DNA of 63,794 nt, filler included, from Dicyema japonicum (GCA_011109175.1; 9 parts of 9 records of this genome joined end to end with filler, not necessarily neighbours in it), one strand, 5' to 3'; shown: positions 39,935-53,151, counted from the whole stretch's first letter. The notes: generated by a model from the sequence alone, not told the origin. A program made the numbers and translations.

Positions 39935-40590
39935 AAGACTATAACAAAAATCATTTAATTAAATTTAATGTGCAACATGATTTTGTTTCTGTTCTAACAG
40001 TATTTTTTCAAAAAAGAAGTAATATGGTAGACGCAGTACATAATAGTTGGTAGAGATGCTCATCAGTTAACCGGTTAGGAAATTTTGTTATGATAGATAC
40101 AAATTTACTAAAGAGCGATTCACAAGCATAATTTTTTGAACATTACAGATTAAATTAGGATATTTCCCATATGGAATTTGACATCAAAAGTCAAGTATTG
40201 TACACGTATTAAATACAGATATCAAGTTTATATCCAACTGTTATTCTAACAGTTCCATTTGAAATTCGTCAGGAGCGAAGGCCAAATCAATATGAATTGG
40301 TACTGAGAATACTTTCAACAAAGCAAATAATTATTGAATTCACGAAAACGTTGATAACATTCGTTAATCAAGTCATCAAATTATGTCAATGTGACGCAAG
40401 AATTCCCAGCGTTCTAATTTCATCATTTTGTGAATTTATTGGTACTTCAGGCACCGCGAATGACTTGACGTCAACCACTGGAAAAGGATATCCTAAGGAG
40501 ACACCCGGTCTCACTCATCTCTTATGGACGGGATATAAGGGAGGAAATTAAACTTTATGAGATGCAGGTCCTAAATTCTTTAGAGTAGAA
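39935..40590 (+). CDS. Unidentified multi-exon gene fragment
   Basis: Short open exons separated by 23-29 nt GT/GC-AG segments (e.g. GTTAGGAAATTTTGTTATGATAG, GTATTGTACACGTATTAAATACAG). Product not recognised and the frame was not fully reconstructed. Confidence 0.35.
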
Positions 40591-43500
40591 AGTCTATGAA
40601 GGGCAGAGTCCCGAATTATAATTATTTTAAATTTAAACAGTATAAAATGTATATAAATTAATAAGAATCTTATTTAATAAATTAGTACAGTTCTGTGTTT
40701 TGTTTTGTTGTTAAGAGTGCTTAATCTTAATAAATGCACGATTTCAATTCAATTTTGGAAGAAAATGAAGAATAGTCAAATTTACAATTAGTCAGAGACG
40801 TGTTGGGNNNNNNNNNNNNNNNNNNNNNNNNNNNNNNNNNNNNNNNNNNNNTTAATTAATTAANNNNNNNNNNNNNNNNNNNNNNNNNNNNNNNNNNNNN
40901 NNNNNNNTGAAAGTTACTCGCCTCTGAATTCGTCTCGAGTACTTGAGCTCCACAAGACTTAGAAGCGTAGTTTTTGTTGATTCTTTCATCCTGAACTTTT
41001 TTGACGTTCCCGTTATTCCCCGCTAAATTTAATTATATTAAATTTTTGCTTTAATTTTATAATCGAAAAATTATTCAATAATTTTTCAATTATTACCGTT
41101 GTTCGTGTTTGTGTGTTTGTCAGAATTTTTCCATTCCGAAAATGCTTTAAGAGTCTTGTCAGGAACCTTCTCACTGTCGTCAATGGCTAATGGAAACTCG
41201 TTGGCTTTCTATCAATTTAATCACAAATAGTACATTAGTGTTGATAAACAGTAATATTAAAATTAATAAAGTCATAACATGCAAGCAAAGATTACGTTTA
41301 GTTTAATTTTATTTTTATTTGTTAATTAAACATTAAATAATTAATCAGTAAATTAATAAAAATTAAAATTTTTAATCTTCTTTAGTGAAATAAAATATCT
41401 TTTCCCTTCATGCAGACATGTAACTCTTTCTCCCTTTCCAGTATGCATGGATGAAGTGACAAACTCATGACAAGAGAATTACACGGTACTCAAATGTTCT
41501 ATAGGATGTTCCTACTTTAAATCAGGTCTAGACGAAGTTTAGAGGAACCTGAGCAAGTATCATATGTCTAGAGGAATAAGGAATTATTCTTGAATGTTTA
41601 TGATTAATTAGTTATTTTTCCCGAAAAAGGTTTTTCTATCATTTCATTTAATTTTTAACAATCTGAGCCATTCTGTTCTAAATCGATGCATGTTGTCTTA
41701 AAATAAATCTAGTAATGATTTCAGTATACCAACGAAAACAAAAAAAGGTCCCGGGTTCGAATCTCTCTTTGTCCATCCGGGTGAAGTCTTTCCGACCATA
41801 GGGAATCGGCATACAAAGATTTTTCACGCAAGCAATCCTTATTAGAAATTTTTCTTTTTCATTATACGTAGTTTTACTAATTCTTTAGGTTTGTAAACAT
41901 AGGAGGAATTTTNCAGTATACCAACGAAAACAAAAAAAGGTCCCGGGTTCGAATCTCGCTTTGTCCATCCGGGTGAAGTCCTTCCGACCATAGGGAATCG
42001 GCATACAAAGATTTTTCACGCAAGCAATCCTTATTAGAAATTTTTCTTTTTCATTATAAGTAGTTTTACTAATTCTTTAGGTTTGTAAACATAGGAGGAA
42101 TTTTACCAAAATAAAAATTCGTATTCTTTTTTTCTATCCCTTTTTAAGAGCTATGTTTTTAGATTGTATTTTTGCAACAAACTCCTGTAAATATTGCTTT
42201 TGCATTGAGTCTGTTATAATTTCAAAGAATTTAAACTTTTCAATTTTCTTTTTCATCTTTTGAAAAGGTTTGCTGTTTTGGGATTTTTAAAATAATTTCT
42301 TTTTCGATTTCCCTATAATGAAGGTGTCGAACGCACTTGTAATGTTCCCCTCTACGACGTTTTTTTGGAATCAGATACACTAACCGTTAGATTTGGTGGC
42401 CTTAGGATTTAATACTATCTTGATACTTTTTGTTTCATATGATCTCCAATTTTTTGTCACTAGAATTCTACACTATTTCCTAAATTTCTTTTGAACTGGT
42501 CATTGGAAAACCTAAATTAATACATATTCGTTTTCATCATCTCGGGATTCGCAGCTATGTCTGGATGATGACTTTTGCTGGAAATCCTTTGAAATACCGC
42601 TACTGATTTTGAAACGACATTGCCGTGTTTTCCTAATGTCACCTTTTCCTGAAACANTAAATTTCTTTTGAACTGGTCATTGGAAAACCTAAATTCATAC
42701 ATATTCGTTTTTATCATCTTCAGATTCGCAGCCAAGTCTGGATGATGACTTTTGCTGGAAATCCTTTGAAATACCGCTACTGATTTTGAAACGACATCGC
42801 CGTGTTTTCCTAATGTCAGGAGCTTTTCCTGAAAATACGTCTTGGCTAAACATCATCTCAAGTGGAGTATTGGGAACTTTTTGGTTCGAGAAGAAATCTC
42901 ACTTACCCTTGAACTAGAGACTTGCGCGGCACACCAAGGCTGATTGATGACTTTGGACTATATCCACTCGCTTGCGATAGGAATGCCGAAGAAACCCTCA
43001 AACATTTAAATGAAGTCGTTAGACAGGCTTTGGACGATGCTTCCCTGTAAACCAAACGTTATCGCCCCATGAAAACTAAAATAACAATAATGATTGAATT
43101 AAAAAAACATAATTTAAAAAATATTTTACTGATCTATGCTATTGACCGATTTATTTTCATCCTGATTTAATTTGCTTAAAATTTCTGCGTGATAAGCTTC
43201 TTGGGTTTTATTTTGCTTAATAATTTCCTCCTTTAAAGATTTCACCATTTCCCTCAGCTTTCCAATATCAGACAAGGAATAACTTTCTTCCTCAAGTTTT
43301 TTCTGACGTTGTCTAATATTCCGCAGTTTTCTTTTTGCAGCATTAAAATTTTGATGTTGAAATGTCAATTTTGCTTGGTAGAAAATTGATTTTCTTTCGT
43401 TGAGATTTTTAGTGTACTATTAACTTAAATTTATTAGAAACCTGATAAATCAGCTGACTTGACTTTGATATTTTATTNNNNNNNNNNNNNNNNNNNNNNN

Positions 43501-44932
43501 NNNNNNNNNNNNNNNNNNNNNTTAATTAATTAANNNNNNNNNNNNNNNNNNNNNNNNNNNNNNNNNNNNNNNNNNNNGATACCCCTAAGGAACAGGCTAG
43601 TCTTCAAGAACATTTGGTTCTCTTACGATTAATTAGCATGACTGTTCTTTCCTTTATTAAATAAACTTTAACCCGGCTTAAGTGGAGGTTTGGTAGTGAA
43701 AACATTGATACTCATCTACGGAAGGAATGATATTAATATATTGTTTCCTACTTGATCGAAGAGTTCCTTTCTGCTATTTGTCTCCTTTAACTCCTAAAAG
43801 GTGTCATCACATAACCGGTATCCAAAAAGACCTCTTTTACCTACTCCAGAGAAGAAGGTCCCACATGGGAACTGGATAGAATTTCTTCAGGTATATCTGG
43901 GGTTATCAAATAATCTTAAGAAAACAATATTAGTTTATAATCACAAAAATCCTGCAATCGGGAGAAACTGTTGCTATGGAAGAATGACTCACAAGAACTC
44001 AGTGGACTTTCCCTTCCAATGTTACTTAATGTCTTGTGTATAATATAAATGACCTAAAATGTAAATATTAAGTGTCAATTAGTCATTAAGGAAAACTTTA
44101 AGCAATTCAAAACATAAAACTAAGTCATTTCCGTGGAGTCGAACGGCGCCAATTTAGCAATGAGAAACGTTTTTTATTAGGTGGAGTATTCGCACGTGAA
44201 AACATTTTTGCTAGGATTGATTGTGACGCAGGCTTTTGCTTTTTGTTTTTTCTCAAAAGATCTTTCCAAAATTCACTTCCACGTGTAAGAAGACTTTCCA
44301 TTATTTCCTGATATTCACAATGTGAGCTCTCGTCCTACGATTATGCACAATAACCAAACTTTGCCAAAAAATAGATTAATAAAAAAACACCACTGCAGTT
44401 TCCTAACATTGGTTGAATACATTCGTTCCAAATGAAGACAAAGGGTGACCAACAGATCCGTATTCGCACAGGAGAGAGTGTCTCTAAGTAAATTAACTAT
44501 TTCATCATCCTTTGACTCCCTTAAAGGGACATGAATTTCCTCGGGGATTAAAGGAAAGGCTATTTCACTGATAATCGACTTGATGGCACTGGCTATAACG
44601 TGAGGACAAGTGACATGATTCTATCTCGTAACNTAACCAAACTTTGCCAAAAAATAGATTAATAAAGAAACACCACTGCAGTTTCCTAACATTGGTTGAA
44701 TACATTCGTTCCAAATGAAGACAAAGGGTGACCAACAGATCCGTGTTCGCACAGGGGAGAGTGTCTCTAAGTAAATTAACTATTTCATCATCCTTTGACT
44801 CCCTTAAAGGGACATGAATTTCCTCGGGGATTNNNNNNNNNNNNNNNNNNNNNNNNNNNNNNNNNNNNNNNNNNNNTTAATTAATTAANNNNNNNNNNNN
44901 NNNNNNNNNNNNNNNNNNNNNNNNNNNNNNNN

Positions 44933-45795
44933 CTCAATAATCCGGATTCTCATACGAGGACCCCAATCCGAAAGGGAGATAGCCCAACTTTCTCGGACTT
45001 ATCATTATGCACTCTCTCCCTTGCTGGATACCTTACATGGGATGTTAGTTATGGTTTAACAAGCGACCATAACCCAATTGTATTAAAACTGAAAAGATCA
45101 ATCTGTCTGCCAAGATGTTTTACAAAGTTCAAGAACTATTCGAAGGCAAATTGGTTTGGATTCAGCACGTATGTGAATAATTGTCTATCAGGACTCGTTG
45201 TGGAAGACTTCCCTATTGAAAAGGCAACCATGATGTTAACTTCAGTTATTTGAAAAGCGGACAGAATGTTCATCCCAATATCCACTTACAGAAAAAATTC
45301 AATCCGAAACTATCTTCGGGGATCCTGAAAAACTGGATGCTTTAAAGAAAACCGGAATGAATTTAGAAGGCTCTATATCGTCCATACGCTCTCTAAATCG
45401 CAGAATTTCCCAACTAATTCATGATAAATGCAGACACAAGTGGAATCGGCTTGTTGGTCGACTATGCCACAAGAACTCGTGTGGAACCTTCTGGAAGACA
45501 CTAAAGAGTATCAACAGCCTTAAAAAAGAAAATGCTGGCGGAGTGAAAACCGTTAGCCTTGCCCTGGAACATGCACGAAAACTCGCTAATAACCTATTTG
45601 TCGATCAGCCACAAAGACTTCTCTTGATCTCTGCATGTCAAACGAGATGGTCCACAACAGTCGACATATACCACGTTCTTCACTCCCTATGACGTGGAAA
45701 GAACTATTAAATTTTTACGACCAACCCAAGCCTGTGGCCCCGACGGTGTCTGTGATATCCACCTTAAACACCTAGGACCTCAGGCTCATATTGTG
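44933..45795 (+). mobile_element. Jockey/I-like element, APE C-terminus to RT start
   Basis: Reads LNNPDSHTR, SDLSLC, LTSDHNPI, NYSKANW, FWKTLKSI and ACGPDGVCDIHLKHLG. Confidence 0.8.
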
Positions 45796-45796
45796 N

Positions 45797-47235
45797 TCAT
45801 CCTACTCAATAAGCTAAGAAAGGTCTTTGCTCTGGTGGTGCTGGATCGTGTGCAAGAGCCTGTGAATGAATTCCTGTTCTTGAGCCACAGTGGATTCAGG
45901 ACAGGCAAATCTACCGCTGATGTGGTTTGGGGGCATAGGTGGCGTTGTACCACTTACCAAAGATTTGAGATTGCGACTACAATATTGGGGATCGACATGT
46001 CGAGAGTTTCGACACAATTCGCCGAGGAAAGTTATTGATGCTTTGCGGGGATTCCTTAATAGGGATTCTGTCAGGATAATAGAAATTATTATTGTCGAAC
46101 ACAGAACTGACGGTACGAGTTGGGAGTACGTCGTCCAGAATTTTTTGACGACTGTGGGTACCCCAGGGGGACTCCTTTCCCCTTTGCTGTTTTTGGTATA
46201 TCTGGAGGTAGCACTGCGTGGTCCTAGAAGTTTTTATAATGGCTAAATCACTGAAATTGTATTATAATAATAATAACACCAGAAACCACAGTTACACAAA
46301 CTAACTAATCACGTGATCCCAGCACGCTCTAGCAGGGATCTCATCTTGGCCCGATGCTCCTCCCTCGACCCCACACAAGCACGCATTGATCGAGTGACTG
46401 GACCTTCGCAGTCACGACTGCACGTTCCATGGTTCGTTCTTATCAAGGCTTCAAGAGGCATTGGTGGCTGGTATACGCTGATGATGTGGATTTCGTATCG
46501 GAAGATAAAGCAGCCTTGAGGCGGTTACTTGACGTTGCTTTGTAGAGCTTGGGAAATGGTTTCTTACGGTGAATACAACTAAAACTGAAATTGTGGAAAT
46601 CGTACGCATGGGATCAAGATTGGAAGAGGGATGGAGACGTTCCAGAAAGCTCGACTCCCTTTTCGGGGACAGTGAGGACATTACCCGGAAGAAAGTACTA
46701 TCGACGGTCGCACTGAACAGAATGAAGACGGATTAGTTGGCTAACAGACCGGTAATGATCGCGCTTCGTTTGCGCTTTTACAATGCTTTTGTGAAGCCGG
46801 TCCTGCTATATAACTCTTCCTGCTGGGGACTTCGGTCTCAGAAACCAAAAATCTTAACTCCTTCCACCGAAGGCAATTACGAATACTGTGCGGGGTACAA
46901 TGGCTGAACGGATCAACAATAATGCACTGTACCGAAAATGCTTAACGCGACCTGTGACTTGGGATGTGGTGGAGGCCCGATGGAGACTGTTTGGACATGT
47001 CCTACGGATGGACCTACATCACCTGCAAATTTGGCAATGGAGGAATATTTCGCTGCAAGTAGAAAAAAATATCGAGGGCGCACGCGACTACGCTACCGGG
47101 GGTGCTGGATGAGATCTCAAAGCAATCAACGAGGCTCGTAAGTGGGGAGGATCTGAATGCTATGAAAAGTTTGGCGTGTAACAAGGGAGGATGGACGAGA
47201 TTGATCAGAAAAATCGCTTTAAGTGCAGCACGTGT
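45797..47235 (+). mobile_element. RTE-like reverse transcriptase and 3' region, degenerate, with an internal insertion of about 200 bp
   Basis: Reads SGFRTGKSTADVVWGHRW, GIDMS, LSPLLFLVYLEVALR, YADDVDF, LYNAFVKPVLLYNSSCWG and RWRLFGHVLRM. The segment at about 46235-46437 interrupts the RT. Confidence 0.85.
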
Positions 47236-47279
47236 GAAAATAACAATTATTTTTCTACGATATAATAATAATTATCAAG

Positions 47280-47560
47280 GATTATTGAAGCAGACTGAAA
47301 TAGAAAAGTTGCATAAGTACGATTTATTGGCTGGAGAGCCCAAGCTACTTTATGGTGGTCCAGTCAAAGTCATACTATTGTTCTAACCTGGGACGGTGTC
47401 GCTTCGAAGGCTCATAAATCTAAGAGCCATCGCAATCGATGCGCCAACCAGAACATGCATCCAATCCGTTTTCTCAAAAAGACGTTGGAGAGGATGTTGG
47501 TGGAGTATAAGTATGGGGTGCACACAATCGAGGAAGATTTGGTTACAGCAACCAATCACC
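47280..47560 (+). mobile_element. RLE-type (R4/Dong-like) 3' fragment
   Basis: Reads LKQTEIEKLHKYDLLAGE.KLLYG, LTWDGV and IQSV. Confidence 0.6.
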
Positions 47561-47973
47561 TGGTGGAGTTGGCAGTTCAGTTCATGACGTCCTAAGTAAC
47601 CTGAGTGAGGTGGAAACGGATGGGATCCAAGTCAACGACTCCTCTTCTAAGAGGAGAAAGGTTTAACAGCGAGTAGTAGTTTTGACTTAATTGTGTTTCC
47701 CGTAAAAATAAAACTCGTTTTTTAATGAGTATAACTTACCGGTTAGGATTAGTATCTTCAACAGGATCAGAATTCGCCAACTGACTACTTCTTAGTAGAA
47801 TATTTTTAAACGTGAGATCACATGATTTGAATTTCCCAAAAGGCCCTTAATACCATGTCGGTGTCACTCTCCCCACCCCATGGAATCATTTCTCTGAGGA
47901 GTTTTTAAAAACTATGTCTATGGACTTTTATAAGAGAAAATTGAATAATAATTAAACTAGTAAATCCCACTTA

Positions 47974-48519
47974 TTAACTAGAATAGCCGTGAGGATATGT
48001 AGGACGAACTTGCTGCGAAGACTGGGAATATGGATGTAGAGGCATTCTGAGAGGTAGTTGCATTCCTGATCCCATAGGAGGTACATTATCGCTAGTACGA
48101 TTCACATCTGGAATAAATGGAGGCACATTGGATCTATTTTCCGAATTAAGGGATTGTTGGCTTGCATATTGTTGGGGTATATAACGCCGAGGCATGTCAG
48201 ACACTGGATTCATAGGCATAAAATTCGTATTGCGTGGTGACATATTTGAATACGGTATATCAGACCTGAATTGAGGTTGAGGAAGAAATTCACCATATTT
48301 GGAGGTTGGGAAAAAAGGAGGCATCTGTGGGAATCTATTTGTAAATTCAGAAGATGTAATTGAGGGATTATATTCAGTTCTTTCATCTCTCTTCATTTGG
48401 TTCGTTACGTCATAACTACTTGGAGGAGGAAATCTCTGAGGCTCTTGAAATGAGCTTGGTAATCGAGAACCACCGGGTTGTGGTAGTAAATTTCCAACGG
48501 AATGGTAGGTTGGCTGAGG
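47974..48519 (-). CDS. Pro/Gln/Met/Ser-rich low-complexity exon of an unidentified gene
   Basis: A 140-aa open frame with biased composition (PQMPPFFP, MPMNPVSDMPRRYIPQQY); the 5' side runs into a gap. Confidence 0.45.
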   Translation of the reverse strand, partial: PQPTYHSVGNLLPQPGGSRLPSSFQEPQRFPPPSSYDVTNQMKRDERTEYNPSITSSEFTNRFPQMPPFFPTSKYGEFLPQPQFRSDIPYSNMSPRNTNFMPMNPVSDMPRRYIPQQYASQQSLNSENRSNVPPFIPDVNRTSDNVPPMGSGMQLPLRMPLHPYSQSSQQVRPTYPHGYSS

Positions 48520-48619
48520 NNNNNNNNNNNNNNNNNNNNNNNNNNNNNNNNNNNNNNNNNNNNTTAATTAATTAANNNNNNNNNNNNNNNNNNNNNNNNN
48601 NNNNNNNNNNNNNNNNNNN

Positions 48620-48766
48620 TTTTTTAGTACTAACGATTGAATATATGCCCTAATTGGTACATCAATCGATGAAGCATTCACATGGTTCTTAAAGCATTTT
48701 GTAACAATTCCTTCCCATGTAAAAACAATTGGGACAATTTCAATATAGTAATTGTATAGAGATAAC
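48620..48766 (-). mobile_element. RLE-type (R4/Dong-like) 3' fragment cut by the adjacent hAT insertion
   Basis: Reads LYNYYIEIVPIVFTWEGIVTKCFKNHV and ends at the TAGGGCAACCA terminus. Confidence 0.55.
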
Positions 48767-50216
48767 TAGGGCAACCAAAAGTCAATAAAGTCAACTCAAC
48801 AAAAAATAATTATTCTGTTATAAAAATACTAGAAATACATTTTTTATTTAAAAAAACTTTTATTTTGAAAGTTTTTTAGGTCAACTTTGTCAATTTTGCC
48901 ATTTTTTAGGTCAACCTTGTCAATTTTTTCATTTTTTTAGGTCTTCTTTGTCAATTTTTGTGTCATTTTGTAATTTTCCGTCTAAAAATTTTGAAAAAAT
49001 TATAAATATTAAATTTTTAACCACGCTGCCTATTATTCGATTGTTTTTTAATGTCTAAGTCGAAAAAATCCACCTACTCGAAAACCTCGAGAATTATCCA
49101 AGAATTTCCCAATGAAGTTTTTAATTACTCCCTGTGGAGCTTTATATTGTAATTTATGCGATATTTGTGTAAACTAGCAATCTTATCGATTGCATAGCAT
49201 TAAATTCTTCGCCGAATGCACCAATTGTGTCAGATTGTGGATGATACGATTCGATGTGCAAATNCTAATTAGGGCAACCAATGAAGTTTTTAATTACTCC
49301 CTGTGGAGCTTTATATTGTAATTTATGCGATATTTGTGTAAACTAGCAATCTTATCGATTGTATAGCATTAAATTCTTCGCCGAATGCACCAATTGTGTC
49401 AGATTGTGGATGATACGATTCGATGTGCAAATTTTGAGAGGAAAAATTTTTACTCGTTATTAACCGCAGCAGCAGAGTATAGGGTTTCAACCGGAAAAAA
49501 CTAAAAAATATGTACCCTAACCTTTTCCATGTAACATGTATTGCACATTTGATTCACAAATGTTCATTAAGGATAAACTAAATTATTCTGTAGTGGATAA
49601 GTTAAATCCCTCCATAAAAGAACTTGTTCTGAAAATAGTAGTCCAAGGAAACTATTTGCTAAGATAGGACTACCTCCAGAACCTATTGTTGGAATTTTTG
49701 CGTTCCTTCCGAGGGGTTTTGAGATCAGCTTCAGGATCCTCATTTTCGTGAGTGNCAACTGTTCATGAAGGATAAACTAAATTATTCTGTAGTGACTTAA
49801 ATCCCTCCATAAAAGAACTTGTTCTGAAAATAGTAGTCCAAGGAAACTATTTGCTAAGATAGGACTACCTCCAGAACCTATTGTTGGAATTTTTTGCGTT
49901 CCTTCCGAGGGGTTTTGAGATCAGCTTCAGGATCCTCATTTTTGCGAGTGCTACAGTGACCCGGTTTTCGACATGTTTTGCAATTTTAGTTCTTCAGAAA
50001 ATTTTGGCGAAATAACGAAATTTTAAAACTGAAAACGTCAAATATTATATGATTCTATATAATTCATGTTTCTAAAACAAATTATTGCTTAAAAATTATT
50101 TAAAAAATTCTTTTTAGGTCTACATTTTGGTCAATTTTTCTCTTTTTTGGATCAACTTTGTTGACTTTTTGGAGGTCAATTTTTGATTTTTTTAGGTCAA
50201 CTTTGTGGTTGCCCTA
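48767..50216 (+). mobile_element. Non-autonomous hAT-like element with TAGGGCAACCA termini
   Basis: 11-bp TIRs at 48767-48777 and 50206-50216; subterminal TTTTAGGTCAACTTTG-like repeats at both ends; remnant N-terminus from 49051 (MSKSKKSTYSKTSRIIQEFPNEVF..YCNLC). The TSD cannot be checked because a gap follows. Confidence 0.7.
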
Positions 50217-50391
50217 NNNNNNNNNNNNNNNNNNNNNNNNNNNNNNNNNNNNNNNNNNNNNNNNNNNNNNNNNNNNNNNNNNNNNNNNNNNNNNNNNNNT
50301 TCACGTGTATTTCTTGTGGTGTCGTATTGTAATATCATTATAATATCATTCTATTCGATCCTTATCCAATCATTGTCCAATTTTTTTTCAT

Positions 50392-52272
50392 CTACGTTGT
50401 TGTTCTTGTTTTGCTAATTTTCCTTTTTCTTTTATCAATTTATTTCCTGCCTGTGTTTTTTCATAACAATCCATAATGAAGCCTAAATCCCCAATTACTC
50501 TATGTCGGAGCTCTGATCCATGCCAAAAATGCTTTAAAACGAACAAGAGGAAATTCGGTATATTCTGCTCATCTTGCAATAATTATTTCCACATTGGGTG
50601 CATACATTTGTCTAAGGCGGAAGCCAGGTCAACTCTCAATTGGGAATGCCATGGTTGCGTACTTTCGGCCAAAGACGCCCCTAATGTCCCATTGGGTGCA
50701 TACATTTGTCTAAGGCGGAAGCCAGGTCAACTCTCAACTGGGAATGCCATGGTTGCGTACTTTCGGCCAAAGACGCCCCTAATGTCCGACCCTTACGCTC
50801 AGACCGAGACTCAGATGACTTCCTCACCAATCTTTCTGCCTTGCGGAGATCAAAGAAAATCCCTATAAGAATCCCAAAATCAGCTCGGATTTCTGCAGCC
50901 CTAACTCTTTCCCAGGCCATAGACGAAGCCCTCTCAACTGGGACTGACGAGGACTGGATTCGGGTGTTGTCATTTGCTCCTCTGGTTCTCGGACAGGATT
51001 CCGGGTTCTCATTTGAAAAAAGCAGCCTCCCTTCATCAATAAAAAAGAATGCATCAGCTTTAGCCTCGTTAAATTGTTACAGACAATTCCAAGTAAAAAG
51101 GACGGAAAATTGCCGGAAAACCGACGTTCTTTCGATGAGACGTCAAAGTCGACTCCAGGAACGTATTGACAGGAAACTTCTTGACGGAGATGTTCGGGCT
51201 TCAATCCGAACACTCATCTCAGATGATACCGTCGCCGAACCGGACTCAAACACCTTAGAAGCTATCGAAATGAAACACCCGCCTGCACCTGAGGATGTTA
51301 GGACTTTCTCATTCCCAGAGAACCTTCCTATGATAAAAGTTACGGAGGCTGATGTGCTAGGCGGAATAAAATCGTTGAGGATGTTAGGACTTTCTCATTC
51401 CCAGAGAACCTTCCTATGATAAAAGTTACGGAGGCTGATGTGCTAGGCGGAATAAAATCGTTCCGCCCAAGCAGCAGTGGAGGTCTAGACGGTCTCAGGC
51501 CCAACCACGTGAAAGACATGACGTCCTATCTCTCTTACGAAGCTGGATCCAAACTAATAAAGTCGATTACAGCTCTAGTAACCAGAATGATTAACGGAAA
51601 AATTACTCCATTTGCTAGAGACATTCTGTTCAGTGCCCACCTCCTCGCATTTAAAAAGAAGGATGGAGGTATACGACCAATAGCTGTCGGTAACTACTTC
51701 AGAAGGTTGGCATCAAAAATCGCATCTGGGCTAGTAGTTAGCCGTCTGGGATCCGAATTATCGCCAAAACAACTGGGTGTTGGAGTTCAGAACGGATGCG
51801 AAGCGGCCGTCCATGCAATAAGTGCTTTTTTCTCCGACAATACTGAACATTCCCAAACATCCTGCGTTAAGCTGGATATATGCAATGCATTCAACAGTAT
51901 CAGGCGTGACTGCATACTTGAAGCATGTTTGAAACGAGCTCCAGAGATATTGCCAATCACCAATTTGGCATACGGATCTGACAGTTCTCTCATTTTTGGG
52001 GATAAAATAATTCGTTCAAAGACTGGAGTTCAACAAGGAGACCCTCTAGGTCCCATGCTCTTCTCCCTTACGATCGACGAAGTGGTCCAACAAGTTAAAT
52101 GTCCATTAAATGTGTGGTATCTCGACGATGCTACCATCGGTGGATGTTCTGAAGACATTATCTCTGAAATCTCCACCATAGTCCCTGCACTCAACAAACT
52201 TGGCCTTAGAGTAAATCCCAAAAAGACCGAAATCATTAACGTTTCCCACACTTTGGAGTGCTTTGAAAAGAC
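50392..52272 (+). mobile_element. CRE-like non-LTR retrotransposon, 5' half: PHD finger plus reverse transcriptase
   Basis: PHD CQKC..CSSCNNYFHIGC..WECHGC, then RIPKSAR, KHPPAP, SSGGLDGLRPNH, KKDGGIRPIAVG, QLGVG, KLDICNAFNSI, GVQQGDPLGPMLF and WYLDDATIG. The frame is broken by 98-bp (50592-50689/50690-50787) and 86-bp (51290-51375/51376-51461) tandem duplications. Confidence 0.9.
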
Positions 52273-53151
52273 AAGTTTCCTGTCAATACGTTCCTGGAGT
52301 CGACTTTGACGTCTCATCGAAAGAACGTCGGTTTTCCGGGAATTTTCCGTCCTTTTTACTTGGAATTGTCTGTAACAATTTAACGAGGCTAAAGCTGATG
52401 CATTCTTTTTTATTGATGAAGGGAGGCTGCTTTTTTCAAATGAGAACCCGGAATCCTGTCCGAGAACCAGAGGAGCAAATGACAACACCCGAATCCAGTC
52501 CTCGTCAGTTCCAGTTGAGAGGGCTTCGTCTATGGCCTGGGAAAGAGTTAGGGCTGCAGAAATCCGAGCTGATTTTGGGATTCTTATAGGGATTTTCTTT
52601 GATCTCCGCAAGGCAGAAAGATTGGTGAGGAAGTCATCTGAGTCTCGGTCTGAGCGTAAGGGTCGGACATTAGGGGCGTCTTTGGCCGAAAGTACGCAAC
52701 CATGGCAATCCCAGTTGAGAGTTGACCTGGCTTCCGCCTTAGACAAATGTATGCACCCAATGTGGAAATAATTATTGCAAGATAAGCGGAATATACCGAA
52801 TTTCCTCTTGTTCGTTTTAAAGCATTTTTGGCATGGATCAAAGCTCCGACATAGAGTAATTGGGGATTTAGGCTTCATTATGGATTGTTATGAAAAAGCA
52901 CAGGCAGGAAATAAATTGATAAAAGAAAAAGGAAAATTAGCAAAGTTAATTGCACTCTTAATTGCTTTCAAGGGCTTTGTTTCGATATATAAATAGTACC
53001 AACGTGNAAGCATTTTTGGCATGGATCAGAGCTCCGACATAGAGTAATTGGGGATTTAGGCTTCATTATGGATTGTTATGAAAAAACACAGGCAGGAAAT
53101 AGATTGATAAAAGAAAAAGGAAAATTAGCAAAACAAGAACAACAACGTAGA
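52273..53151 (-). mobile_element. Inverted copy of the 5' end of the same CRE-like element
   Basis: Reverse complement of about 50392-51179 with a few substitutions. ORF 52878-52030 carries the same PHD-to-IDRKL peptide without the 98-bp duplication. Confidence 0.9.

Noticed and set aside
41745-41775. GGTCCCGGGTTCGAATCTC, a tRNA T-arm/B-box-like motif (repeated near 41939)
   Set aside because: No D-arm, anticodon arm or acceptor pairing could be built. At most it is a SINE-like relic, so no tRNA is called.
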